Origin: Planctomycetota bacterium
Lineage (GTDB): Bacteria > Planctomycetota > Phycisphaerae > Phycisphaerales > UBA1924
DNA length: 64,000 bases
Direction of reading: 5' to 3'
NCBI GenBank assembly: GCA_039819165.1
Contig: JBCBSM010000002.1
Location: 453,426 to 517,425, forward strand
The position numbers were made by a program, and so were the translations under genes. The first letter of the stretch is position 1. Each line of letters starts with the position of its first letter. Below, piece after piece: positions 44,098 through 52,772 of the stretch. Under the pieces are notes generated by a model. That model saw only the letters and a list, made by a program, of their open reading frames with translations, had not been told where the DNA came from and made no database searches.

Positions 44098-44525
44098 GCA
44101 CGCAGCGGTACCGCATCGACACCAACGTGCTGCTGCGCTTCCTGCGGGCGGACCACGCGGAGCACAGCCCCGCGGCCAGGTCCGTCTTCGACGCCGCCGG
44201 GGCCGGCCGATGCGTGATCGTGCTCGACGCGATCGTCCTGGCCGAGGCCGTGTGGGTGCTCTCGTCGTTCTACAAGACCGAGCGAGAGGACATCGCCTCG
44301 GCACTGGCTGGCCTGCTCGTGCAGCCGGGGATCGAGTGCGCCGACGCGGACGTTCTGGCGGATGCGCTGGACCGCTTCGCCGCCCAGAACCTCGACTTCA
44401 TCGATTGCTATCTCGCGGCTCGCTCGGTGGACGGTGGCGAGGCCATCGTCACATTCGACGGCGAATTCCGGAAGTTCGGCGACGTGCTCGCGCTGCAGCC
44501 CGGGGCAGCGGCGAAGACGAACTGA
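44094..44525 (+). CDS. vapC: PIN-domain toxin VapC
   Basis: YRIDTNVLLRFL (first Asp), VLAEAVWVL, and DFIDCYLAA...IVTFDGEF (distal acidic residues). Confidence 0.85.
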   Translation: MSTQRYRIDTNVLLRFLRADHAEHSPAARSVFDAAGAGRCVIVLDAIVLAEAVWVLSSFYKTEREDIASALAGLLVQPGIECADADVLADALDRFAAQNLDFIDCYLAARSVDGGEAIVTFDGEFRKFGDVLALQPGAAAKTN

Positions 44526-44616
44526 GTGAACGATGCACCATTGCATCTGTTGATATGGAACGACCACGCCACCGAACGCACACACGGACTAGCACGCTAC
44601 TCGTTTACACTCAGCC

Positions 44617-46416
44617 ATGAACACTCCAGACGAGGTTGCCAAGGTGATCGCGGCGTACGACGCCCGAGCAGGCTCCTTCAACATCCACGAATTGCACGGT
44701 GCGATCTTGAGAGAGGTTGACGTCGGCTCTCTCCCGAATGAGCACCGCGCTCGCTACTGGGCTGCCATCGAGGCCTTTGGATTTAGTACACACAGAACTC
44801 CCCACGATGGCCCATGGAAGAGCTACTTCCAACCCCGCATGACGTTCAAGGGAGTGGACGGGACACTCGGATGCAACCCCGACATCAACCAGGCAACCGC
44901 GGACACGATTGCCTACTGGGCGACCTGTGCGAGGGAAGCCAAGCACCCCGTTCTCGCCGCTCGCTACGCCGATCTCGTTTGGGACTTCAGCAAGCGAGTG
45001 ACCGGCGAGGCCCCCGATATCGAGTTCGCTAGGCTCGCGATCGACTCGTACATTGCGGCGCTCAAGAAGGACGACGGTGAGGCATGGGGCGACAATCGGA
45101 AGAACGTGGAGCGCGTGCTCCATCTCGCACAGAGCGTCGGGGATGGCAAGCGTGTCGTGCGTGCCGCGAACTCCATCATCGACTACTCGGATCGAACTTC
45201 TGAGGACGGCAAGCTCGGGACCTACTGCTACCTCTTTGAGCTGTTGATCTTGCCGAAGAAGACGCCCCCGTTGGAGCCAGACCAGCGAGAGGCGATCATC
45301 ACGCGATTTGAGACGTTGTTCGCCAAGATGACCACGCCCGGCGCCTACGACGCCGCTCCGCGCTTGCCTCAGACAATCGGCTTGCTCCTCGCCGAGTACT
45401 ACAACCGAGAAGGTCGCGACGATGACCGCAGACAGACGCTCGTAGAAGTCGCCAAAGCTCACGAGCGCCGAGCGGGTATCGGCGACGCGATGGCCGGGAT
45501 GCACTTCCTCAACGCAGCCCGTCAGTTCTACACAGAGGCTGGCGTGAAGGGCGAGGCGGAGCGGGTCCTGCGTGCCGCTCAGGAGCTCGCTCCCAATGTC
45601 AAGAGGGAAATGACGACGCACACGGTCGAGTTCGATATCTCGAAGGATGAGAAGCAGGAGATACTCGACCGGATCATGACGAACGGCGTCGAGGAGGGAC
45701 TCCTCCGCTGGACGGCCCAGTTCCTGCCGAGGCAGAAGGCAATCCGGCAGCAGAAAGAAGAACTCGACGAACAGTTCGTGTCCCGCCGCCTGTTTCCTCC
45801 GACGGTCATGGACGACGAGGGGATCATCGCTGAGGTCAGCGACACGCAGGGCGACCCCGACGGTCCGATGATCTACGAGACGTCCCGCTACATGCAGCTC
45901 TACACGGTCTTCATGTCCTGGTGCCTCGACCACTTGATCCAGAACGGCCTCACCTCCGAGAAGTTCGTCGGGTTCGTCGCCGAGTCTCCGGTGTTCGAGG
46001 AGTCGAGGCTGCCCCTCATCCGACGTGGCATCGAGGCCCACATCAATGGCGACTACACACAGGCGATCCATCTCGCGATCCCGCAGATCGAGCGAGCGTT
46101 GGTCGAGTTGATCCACAAGGTCGGGGGCTCCAGCAAGAAGCCGCACCGCTCGGGTCGGGGCGTCATGCAGTCAAAGAGCCTGAATGACGCGCTCGCCGAC
46201 GAACCCACCCGAAAGGCACTGGGTGAGGATCTCACTATCTACTTGGCAGCTACGCTGTCGCATCCAAAGGGCATGAACATCCGGAACCTTGTCTGCCACG
46301 GCATCATGCCGCCGGAACACTTCACCAAGACCCATAGCGAGCGGGTACTCCACACTCTGGCGGCGTTGTCGCTCCTTCGAGCGAAAGGCACTCAGGACAC
46401 AGAACGGGAAGACTGA
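44617..46416 (+). CDS. DUF4209-like protein with HEPN-type Rx4H motif
   Basis: 599 aa with lower GC. The C-terminal 'HPKGMNIRNLVCHGIMP' matches the RNxxxHG signature I associate with DUF4209/HEPN. Confidence 0.6.
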   Translation: MNTPDEVAKVIAAYDARAGSFNIHELHGAILREVDVGSLPNEHRARYWAAIEAFGFSTHRTPHDGPWKSYFQPRMTFKGVDGTLGCNPDINQATADTIAYWATCAREAKHPVLAARYADLVWDFSKRVTGEAPDIEFARLAIDSYIAALKKDDGEAWGDNRKNVERVLHLAQSVGDGKRVVRAANSIIDYSDRTSEDGKLGTYCYLFELLILPKKTPPLEPDQREAIITRFETLFAKMTTPGAYDAAPRLPQTIGLLLAEYYNREGRDDDRRQTLVEVAKAHERRAGIGDAMAGMHFLNAARQFYTEAGVKGEAERVLRAAQELAPNVKREMTTHTVEFDISKDEKQEILDRIMTNGVEEGLLRWTAQFLPRQKAIRQQKEELDEQFVSRRLFPPTVMDDEGIIAEVSDTQGDPDGPMIYETSRYMQLYTVFMSWCLDHLIQNGLTSEKFVGFVAESPVFEESRLPLIRRGIEAHINGDYTQAIHLAIPQIERALVELIHKVGGSSKKPHRSGRGVMQSKSLNDALADEPTRKALGEDLTIYLAATLSHPKGMNIRNLVCHGIMPPEHFTKTHSERVLHTLAALSLLRAKGTQDTERED

Positions 46417-46431
46417 CTGGTTCCGCCGGCA

Positions 46432-46572
46432 TGAAACCGCCACCGCTCGATCCCGAACTGGCTTTGTGGCCAACTTGGACGCCGTTACGCGCTCACCGCG
46501 TACGACGGGGCCTACCTGACGCTTGCGGCCCGAACAAGAACGACGCTGGCGACACTGGACAAGCGGCGTTGA
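46432..46572 (+). pseudogene. decayed PIN/VapC gene fragments
   Basis: One frame reads KPPPLDPELALW, resembling the KPxPDPxLxxW segment of FitB-type VapC N-termini. A different frame reads ALTAYDGAYLTLAARTRTTLATLDKRR*, a typical PIN C-terminus (46489..46572). It is far too short to be intact. Confidence 0.45.
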
Positions 46573-46644
46573 AATCGGCCGTCGAGATCATCGGGGGCGT
46601 GTAGTGATGAGCCCATGGATCATGCGTGATGGAGTGCGGAAGCC

Positions 46645-47220
46645 ATGACCGAGCGCGAAGACAACCACTACGAACGGGCCCTCGAGGTCCTCAAGTCAAC
46701 CGCTGATGCGTTCAACGACGCAGGCGTGCCGCCGCACGAGATCCCGCCGGCGATGGCGGATCACCTGATGTATCTCGTGTTGGTTCTTGGGCAGCCCAAT
46801 GGCGTAGGCGATCTGGCGGGGCGGACCATCATCAAGCGGATGCGCAAGACGCTGGACGACTGGCGCGCGTGCCGCCATCCATTCGAAGACAATGGCGGAC
46901 CCGACGACTCTTCCGGCGACGCCATTGCTGAGGCGTTCCTCTACGCGATGAACGAGTTCTTGTTGTTCTTCTTCGCTTCGCTCGACGAGGACTTTGTCAA
47001 GCAGTTCCTGCGAGGGGGCACGAGGGAGGAAGCCGCGCAAGCCATGCTCGGCGACGTCGTGGCGCGCGTTCGCGGCAATCGACCGGACGAAGCCGCATTC
47101 GGCCCGATGGACATCGGGGCCGTGATGGATCGCCTCGCGGCGCTACATCTTCAAGTCCGCCATGGCGAAGAAGCAGTTAACGTGCCGGGGCTCACCTACG
47201 ACGAGGATCCGCCCGCCTGA
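46645..47220 (+). CDS. hypothetical protein
   Basis: 191 aa, acidic, with no recognised motif. Same strand as, and downstream of, the DUF4209-like gene. Confidence 0.45.
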   Translation: MTEREDNHYERALEVLKSTADAFNDAGVPPHEIPPAMADHLMYLVLVLGQPNGVGDLAGRTIIKRMRKTLDDWRACRHPFEDNGGPDDSSGDAIAEAFLYAMNEFLLFFFASLDEDFVKQFLRGGTREEAAQAMLGDVVARVRGNRPDEAAFGPMDIGAVMDRLAALHLQVRHGEEAVNVPGLTYDEDPPA

Positions 47221-47274
47221 AACCACCACCGGCCGATCCCGAACTGGATCTGTGGCAAGGCAGGAGAACGCATC

Positions 47275-47442
47275 ATGCTTGCGAGCACCACGGCACAGAT
47301 GATGCCAGCCATTCCGCAGATCATCGACTACGGCAGCATCGTGTTGGCTCGCGTCGCTGTTGTGGCTGCCCTCCCCACGATCGGGGTGGTTCTCTGGCTG
47401 CTTGCGAAGCTCCTCCGCCGCATGGGCCACCGCTTCTGGTAG
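47275..47442 (+). CDS. small (55 aa) single-TM protein, copy 1
   Basis: Below the ORF-track cutoff. RBS GGAGAA is present. Product is MLASTTAQMMPAIPQIIDYGSIVLARVAVVAALPTIGVVLWLLAKLLRRMGHRFW. Differences from copy 2 are largely synonymous. Confidence 0.5.
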   Translation: MLASTTAQMMPAIPQIIDYGSIVLARVAVVAALPTIGVVLWLLAKLLRRMGHRFW

Positions 47443-47558
47443 ACTTCCCCTCCCCCACCACCCGATTCCTGATGTGCCGTTTGAAGACTGCGCACATTCG
47501 CGAAGTTATGGAGCTGTTCTATGCTAGGATCAAGGCGCTTGCACGGACGGAGGTCGTC

Positions 47559-48851
47559 ATGACACACAGTAGATTCAGCGTATTGATGATACTCGCGACG
47601 GCCAGCACCTCCACCGGCGTTGCACAAACCTGCGATCCACAGTCCTTGCTTGATCCAGATCGGGCGTACAGCGAGGGCAACCAGCCGACGGACATCGCCG
47701 TTGCCGACCTGAACGGTGACGGTCTCTTGGACATGGTGTGCTCTGCGGTGGCGGACGGATCCGGTCGGGACGATCTACAGATCTGGTACAACTCTGGTGC
47801 GGGTCGCTTTTGTCAACCTGCGACCGGCCGCGCCGGGCAGGGTCCAAACGCTGTCGCAACAGGTGATCTCAACAACGACGGGCGCCCCGACATCGCGATC
47901 AGCAATGGCATCGACGATACGGTCAGCGTTTTCTACTACCGGGATCACCTCCGTGTGTCCGGGCAACAGGTGTACGACGTTGGCACGACGCCGCAAGACG
48001 TTGCGATTGGGGATGTCGATCTCGACGGCAACGCCGACATTGTCTCCGCCCACGCGCTGAGCGCAGACGTGAGTATTCTGTACAACAATGGGGACGAGAC
48101 TTTCGAACCGGAAGAACGCCTGGAGGGCGTGGCAGGTGCCTTCTACGTCAGCGCCCATGTCGCTGATCTGACTGGCGATGGTGTGCCGGATCTTGTCGCC
48201 GCGGCCCTGTCCCCAGGCATCGTCAGCATATGGCCGGGCCAGGGAAGCCGATCATTCGGTCCACGCCACGATATCGACGTGTGCGACGGCCCTCACCAGC
48301 TCGCTCTCGTGGACCTAGATCTCGATGGCAGTCTGGACCTAGCCCTGACCTGCCGGGATGACGTCGCCACGCTCGAGAACAAGGGAGGCTTGAGTTTTGC
48401 TCCGTGGCAGACCATCGAGCTGCCACTCCGCCCGTCGGGGATCACTGTGGCAGACTTCGATGGCGACGGCCACCAAGATATCGCAGCAACTACGGGTCTG
48501 GATGGTCTGCTCAGAGTGTTGCTCAACGATGGATCCGGACTGGTGACGGAGGCCACGAGTTTGTTTCTGTCCACGGATCCGAATCGCATCGCCGCCGGAG
48601 ACCTCAACGCTGACGGAACGGCCGACATCGCGGCGGTGACGGTTGGCGGATTGACCCCTGTCTTCAATCGCTGCGGTTTGCCATGCGAAGCGGACCTCGA
48701 CGGCGATGGGATCCTGACGCTGTTCGACTTTCTGGAGTTCCAGAACAGATTTGCTCTAGAGGACGCCAGGGCCGATCTTGACTCGAACTGTGAGTTGACA
48801 ATCTTCGACTTTTTGGTGTACCAGAACCTGTTTGCGGGTGGATGTCCATAG
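47559..48851 (+). CDS. FG-GAP/VCBS-repeat secreted protein with dockerin-like Gly-Cys tail
   Basis: Signal peptide MTHSRFSVLMILATASTSTGVAQ. Repeats include DLNGDGLLDMV, DLNNDGRPDIA, DVDLDGNADIV, DLTGDGVPDLV, DFDGDGHQDIA and DLNADGTADIA. C-terminus is CEADLDGDGILTLFDFLEFQNRF...CELTIFDFLVYQNLFAGGCP. Confidence 0.8.
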   Translation: MTHSRFSVLMILATASTSTGVAQTCDPQSLLDPDRAYSEGNQPTDIAVADLNGDGLLDMVCSAVADGSGRDDLQIWYNSGAGRFCQPATGRAGQGPNAVATGDLNNDGRPDIAISNGIDDTVSVFYYRDHLRVSGQQVYDVGTTPQDVAIGDVDLDGNADIVSAHALSADVSILYNNGDETFEPEERLEGVAGAFYVSAHVADLTGDGVPDLVAAALSPGIVSIWPGQGSRSFGPRHDIDVCDGPHQLALVDLDLDGSLDLALTCRDDVATLENKGGLSFAPWQTIELPLRPSGITVADFDGDGHQDIAATTGLDGLLRVLLNDGSGLVTEATSLFLSTDPNRIAAGDLNADGTADIAAVTVGGLTPVFNRCGLPCEADLDGDGILTLFDFLEFQNRFALEDARADLDSNCELTIFDFLVYQNLFAGGCP

Positions 48852-48869
48852 GCACCTGGAGAACGCATC

Positions 48870-49037
48870 ATGCTTGCGAGCACCACGGCACCGATGATGC
48901 CCGCCATTCCGCAGATCATCGACTACGGCAGCATCATGCTGATTCGCGTCGCTGTTGTGGCTGCCCTACCCACAATCGGGGTAGTACTCTGGCTGCTTGC
49001 GAAGCTCCTCCGCCGCGTGGGTCGCCACTTCTGGTAG
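48870..49037 (+). CDS. small (55 aa) single-TM protein, copy 2
   Basis: 168-nt paralog of 47275..47442 with the same RBS and start context (GGAGAACGCATCATG). Confidence 0.5.
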   Translation: MLASTTAPMMPAIPQIIDYGSIMLIRVAVVAALPTIGVVLWLLAKLLRRVGRHFW

Positions 49038-49300
49038 AGCTTCTCTCCCCAACTGCCCATCTCGAGTCCTGGCGTGCCGCCGTCCGCGACCCCTCGCCAT
49101 CTCCTTGCCGCTTTGGCTGCCCGACGATGCGACGCTAGCACGGCGGGCGGTTCCCACGCGAAATGGACGGGGCCGTGTTGGGGCTCCTCGCGTGCTCGGG
49201 CCCCTGCCCGCACCACCCCCATCAATTTCACGTGTGCCCCCGCTCCTGGACCCGTGCTGTTTCGAGTGCATCGGCAACCAACACGAAAGGAGACAGACCG

Positions 49301-49573
49301 ATGACACAGACGACCAACAGCAAGCCGGCCGAGACGATCCGTGATGGAGCGATCAAGGCCACGATCTGGCGAAACCAGTCCAGGAACGAAGGCGCAAACG
49401 GACCGTTCTATAGCGTCCGCTTCACCCGGACCTACACCGACGAGCAGGGCCAGTTCCACGACAGCGACAGCTTCAGCGGCACCGAGCTGCTCCGGGTCGC
49501 TCGACTCGCGGACATCGCCTACGGCACGATCGTCGCCATGCGAGCCGAGGACAAGCTCGAGCACGCCTCGTAG
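49301..49573 (+). CDS. conserved small hypothetical protein (intact paralog of the 37170 pseudogene)
   Basis: RBS GAAAGGAG precedes the ATG at 49301, 90 aa. Its upstream approximately 60 nt are also similar to the region upstream of 37170. Confidence 0.55.
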   Translation: MTQTTNSKPAETIRDGAIKATIWRNQSRNEGANGPFYSVRFTRTYTDEQGQFHDSDSFSGTELLRVARLADIAYGTIVAMRAEDKLEHAS

Positions 49574-49845
49574 CAACGCACCGCACCGGCCAGGGTCGGT
49601 CCCCACTGTTGGGATCGGCCCTTCGTCGTGCGCGTCCAGGTCGATTGTGCTTGCAGGGCGGCCGCGATGTGCGCTATGTCTGGTGGACCGATCGGCACAT
49701 CGATCGGCCGGGTCGACAAGCCCGCCGCACGAATCTCGGCTCTCTGGGCCGGATCGCGCCCGAATACGTGGCTCCGGCCGCCAATAGGGCGCGCCTTCGT
49801 GCGGAGGCTTGTTGGGTCCGGTCCACCAGCGAGAGGAAGCGACCA

Positions 49846-50103
49846 ATGACAACCACCACTCCCCCACCATCCACGCTTGACCAGGACATGAGCGACGACG
49901 AGATCGTCGAGTTCTACGCCATGCTGGTCTGGTCCAGGCTGAGCGAGCGGCAGCGAGAAGACTTGCGACGCCCCGCTCGCCTGCGCGGCTACGACGAGCC
50001 TGTGGACTTCGTGCTCGCGCTCATCCGCGAGCAACGCGCCGAGTTTGGCAGCCTCGACGCCTGGCTGGAGGCGATGCCGCTGCGGACGTTCGTCGTGGCA
50101 TAG
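49846..50103 (+). CDS. hypothetical protein
   Basis: RBS GAGAGGAAG precedes the ATG at 49846, 85 aa (MTTTTPPPSTLDQDMSDDEIVEFYAMLVW...). Confidence 0.4.
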   Translation: MTTTTPPPSTLDQDMSDDEIVEFYAMLVWSRLSERQREDLRRPARLRGYDEPVDFVLALIREQRAEFGSLDAWLEAMPLRTFVVA

Positions 50104-50106
50104 CGG

Positions 50107-50730
50107 CTAATGCCCACCCGAGCGATGCTCGCGATGTCCGGCTACGCCTTCCGGCTCCCTCGCCACGTAGCGGTACCGGCGCCACTCGAGCGCACACGCC
50201 GCCAGATGGGCCCCGATGGCGCACAAGCAGCCCCAGTATGCCAGGCCGAGGAGCCCGCCGAACCGAGGCGGCCCAAGGACCGAGCACGCGCCCAAGAGCA
50301 ATGCCACGGCCAGGAGCACGGTCCCGATGGTCTCGGCGCCGGTGCGTCCGCCCACGGCCCTGCCCTTGCTCGGGTGGCCCGATTGGAACCCGAGGATCTC
50401 GTGCCCCACCAGCCGGTTGATCCGCTGTTCGAGCAGTTCGATGCGGCGGAGCGCATCCTCGAACGAGCGGGCGTGGTTGATCGTGGTCCGCACGAGCCAC
50501 ACCAGGCTGACGGGTACCATCGCGAGCAGGATCGCCTGCGAGTCGGCCGGCAACAGCGGGATCGTCCCCACGAACGCGGTGATCGCAGCGCCGGCGGCGG
50601 GGATCCGGCGATCCAACGCCAGGAGGCGGAACTCCGCGAGGCCATACAGCGCGCGGTATTCCGCGAGGGCCGCCTCGAGCCGTGCGGCGTGGACGAAGGG
50701 CGGCGACGGTGATTGCTGGTTGTCGGTCAC
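50107..50730 (-). CDS. hypothetical membrane protein downstream of an XRE regulator
   Basis: Probable GTG at 50730. Four hydrophobic helices (AAITAFVGTIPLL, ILLAMVPVSLVWLV, IGTVLLAVALLLGA, LAYWGCLCAIGAHLAA). Confidence 0.4.
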   Translation of the reverse strand: MTDNQQSPSPPFVHAARLEAALAEYRALYGLAEFRLLALDRRIPAAGAAITAFVGTIPLLPADSQAILLAMVPVSLVWLVRTTINHARSFEDALRRIELLEQRINRLVGHEILGFQSGHPSKGRAVGGRTGAETIGTVLLAVALLLGACSVLGPPRFGGLLGLAYWGCLCAIGAHLAACALEWRRYRYVAREPEGVAGHREHRSGGH

Positions 50731-50768
50731 CCGCCCGGCATACCACACGCGGCCGGCGGTGTAAACCG

Positions 50769-50990
50769 CTAGCGGAGCTCGGGCATCAGGTCGCCGGGCT
50801 GCACGCGGAGCGCCCGCGCGAGCTTCTCGATCGTCTCCAGCGTGGACGACCGCTCGGCCCGCTCGATGAAGGACACGGCCGTGCGGTGCAGCCCCGCCAG
50901 CTCCGCGAGCTTCTCCTGGGACAGGCCACGCTCGGTCCGCACCTCGCGGATCCGCTCCCCGAAATCGCGCACGAAGGCCCCGCGTCTCAC
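50769..50990 (-). CDS. XRE-family HTH transcriptional regulator
   Basis: IREVRTERGLSQEKLAELAGLHRTAVSFIERAERSSTLETIEKLARAL. Confidence 0.8.
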   Translation of the reverse strand: MRRGAFVRDFGERIREVRTERGLSQEKLAELAGLHRTAVSFIERAERSSTLETIEKLARALRVQPGDLMPELR

Positions 50991-51068
50991 AGGCCGCAGG
51001 ATCCGTTGACGCGGACAATACGTCTACATACTATTCGTCACGTATCCACGAGATTGCGAGGCCCAGCC

Positions 51069-51773
51069 ATGACCGCCCCACAGTCCGTGATCGCGTTGAC
51101 CGGCCTGCGGCTCCCGCTAGAAGATGGTGACCAGCCCACCGGCCCCGAGGTGCTGCGGGCGATGCTGTCGCTGGCGGAGGCCACGCTGGGCCAACTCGCG
51201 GGCCAGGCGAACGGGTCCGTGGCCGCCCTGGGCCGCTTGCGGGGGACCGGCCGCGGCGTGTCGTTCGGCCGGATCATCGAGCGTCTCGAACGCGACCAAC
51301 CACTCGAACTCGTCTCGCCCTTCGAGGGCAGCGAACGCGTGGCGGGAGCCGTCTGGCCCCATCCCGACGGCGGCGATCTCCGGCCGGCGCTGGCCAAGCT
51401 GCGGTGGTCAGCGGGCGCGGACGACCTGCCGATGCACGCGCACGAGCACTCGGGCCGGTTCATCGTGGTGCACGAGGGGCGCGGCTACTTCCACGTCAGC
51501 CGCCAGCCGCTCGGCCGGTTCGACGGCACGGACGTGCGCACGGTGCCGGCCCGCGAGCGCGACGTGTTCGTGTTCACCCCCGGCGTGGTCCACACCTTCA
51601 GCACGGCCCGATCGCCCATGACGCTGCTGTCGTGCCAGGCCCCGTTCCTCGAGTTCGACAACCCGCGGCAGTACACGCTGCCGGCCCATCACTGGTCCGC
51701 GCGGACCACCTCCGCCGATCGGGCCGCCATCGCGTGCGACGCGGCCTGGACCTGCCTGACCGCCGCGGGCTAG
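51069..51773 (+). CDS. cupin-domain protein
   Basis: ATG at 51069. Metal-site-like PMHAHEHSGRFIVVHEGRGYFHV ... VFVFTPGVVHTFS. Divergent from the XRE gene. Confidence 0.55.
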   Translation: MTAPQSVIALTGLRLPLEDGDQPTGPEVLRAMLSLAEATLGQLAGQANGSVAALGRLRGTGRGVSFGRIIERLERDQPLELVSPFEGSERVAGAVWPHPDGGDLRPALAKLRWSAGADDLPMHAHEHSGRFIVVHEGRGYFHVSRQPLGRFDGTDVRTVPARERDVFVFTPGVVHTFSTARSPMTLLSCQAPFLEFDNPRQYTLPAHHWSARTTSADRAAIACDAAWTCLTAAG

Positions 51774-51904
51774 CCCACAGGATCCGGCCAGAGCCGATTT
51801 CACAGCATGGTTCCGCGTCGTTCCGGCTGCGCCACCGCGGCACGCGACCACGAACCCTGATGGCCCGATGCTGCACCGCTCATGGTTGGCGCCTGCGCCG
51901 ATCT

Positions 51905-52343
51905 TGCAACTCCCGGTTGGATGTGGTATCGTGCGTTAATCAGAGAGTAGCCAGATGTGTTTTTGTAGCACAAAAACTACCGCTCCGCGGCCGCCTGCGG
52001 CGGTCTGGCCAGGGTTTCGCCCCTGGAGACGATGAGCCGTTCTTGCACCCCTGCGCTTGGGCGTCAGGGGGCATCACACGGCTCGCTCGCTCCCATCCGG
52101 GCCACTGGGCCGCGGCGGTTGGATCGAGCGTTTCGCCCGGATGACCGGGCGACCAACCCTGTGCGGGTTGGATGCCGCCACCGGTTCGCCGGTGGACCCC
52201 ATCTTGGGATGGCGAAGCAAGGGGTGTCGGCCCTTGCATGACGAGGGGCGTGTCGCCGCCCCACCACGAGCACCGTTTCGGCGGTGCAACCCGACGAGGG
52301 GGCGTCCCTCGACTCGGGGCAGCAGGAGAAGGGGAAGTGTGGC
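51905..52343 (+). promoter_or_regulatory. candidate oriT / relaxosome assembly region
   Basis: 440-bp non-coding stretch upstream of mobC. AT-rich palindrome GTTTTTGT-AGC-ACAAAAAC (51959-51977). Three GGTTGGAT direct repeats (51915, 52117, 52166). Hairpins CCAGGG-TTTCGC-CCCTGG (52009-52026), GCCCGG-ATGA-CCGGGC (52134-52149), CCAACCC-TGTGC-GGGTTGG (52153-52171) and CACCGG-TTCG-CCGGTG (52179-52194). The nick site is not identified. Confidence 0.35.
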
Positions 52344-52772
52344 ATGGCGAGGCCACGGCTGCAAGACGAGGATCGGCTGGCTGAGGTGGTGCACGTGCGT
52401 CTGAGCACCGCCGAGCTCAACCACGTCCGCGGCCAGGCCGAAGCCGCCGGGCTGTCGGTGTCTGCCTTCCTGCGTCGCCGGGCGATGGGCTATGTGGTGC
52501 CCGCCGCCGCCGCATCCAGGCGGACCGATCCGGCCCTCGTCAGCGAGCTGAACCGAGTCGGCGTCAATGTCAACCAACTCGCCCGGGCGGTCCATGCCGG
52601 CCGGGACTTCGTCCGCTACTGGCGAGAGGTCGGGGCCGAGCTGACCCGCGTCCTTGAGCGGATCGCCGAGCGAGAGCTGGGCGATGATCCGGATCCGAAC
52701 CGGCGAGAGGACCTCGATGCGGCCTCGCTTGAACCAGACCCAATCGTGCGCCGACAGGCGGCTCGGCGATGA
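52344..52772 (+). CDS. mobC: MobC-family relaxosome accessory protein
   Basis: VHVRLSTAELNHVRGQAEAAGLSVSAFLRRRA ... ELNRVGVNVNQLARAVH (the MobC NxNQxAR signature). ATGA overlap with the relaxase gene. Confidence 0.75.
   Translation: MARPRLQDEDRLAEVVHVRLSTAELNHVRGQAEAAGLSVSAFLRRRAMGYVVPAAAASRRTDPALVSELNRVGVNVNQLARAVHAGRDFVRYWREVGAELTRVLERIAERELGDDPDPNRREDLDAASLEPDPIVRRQAARR

Noticed and set aside
44611-46146. 511-aa minus-strand ORF opposite the DUF4209-like gene, and similarly the 598-aa plus-strand ORF 56437..58233 opposite the T4CP gene.
   Set aside because: The opposite strands carry motif-supported genes (RNxxxHG; Walker A and B of TraG/VirD4). These are shadow ORFs.
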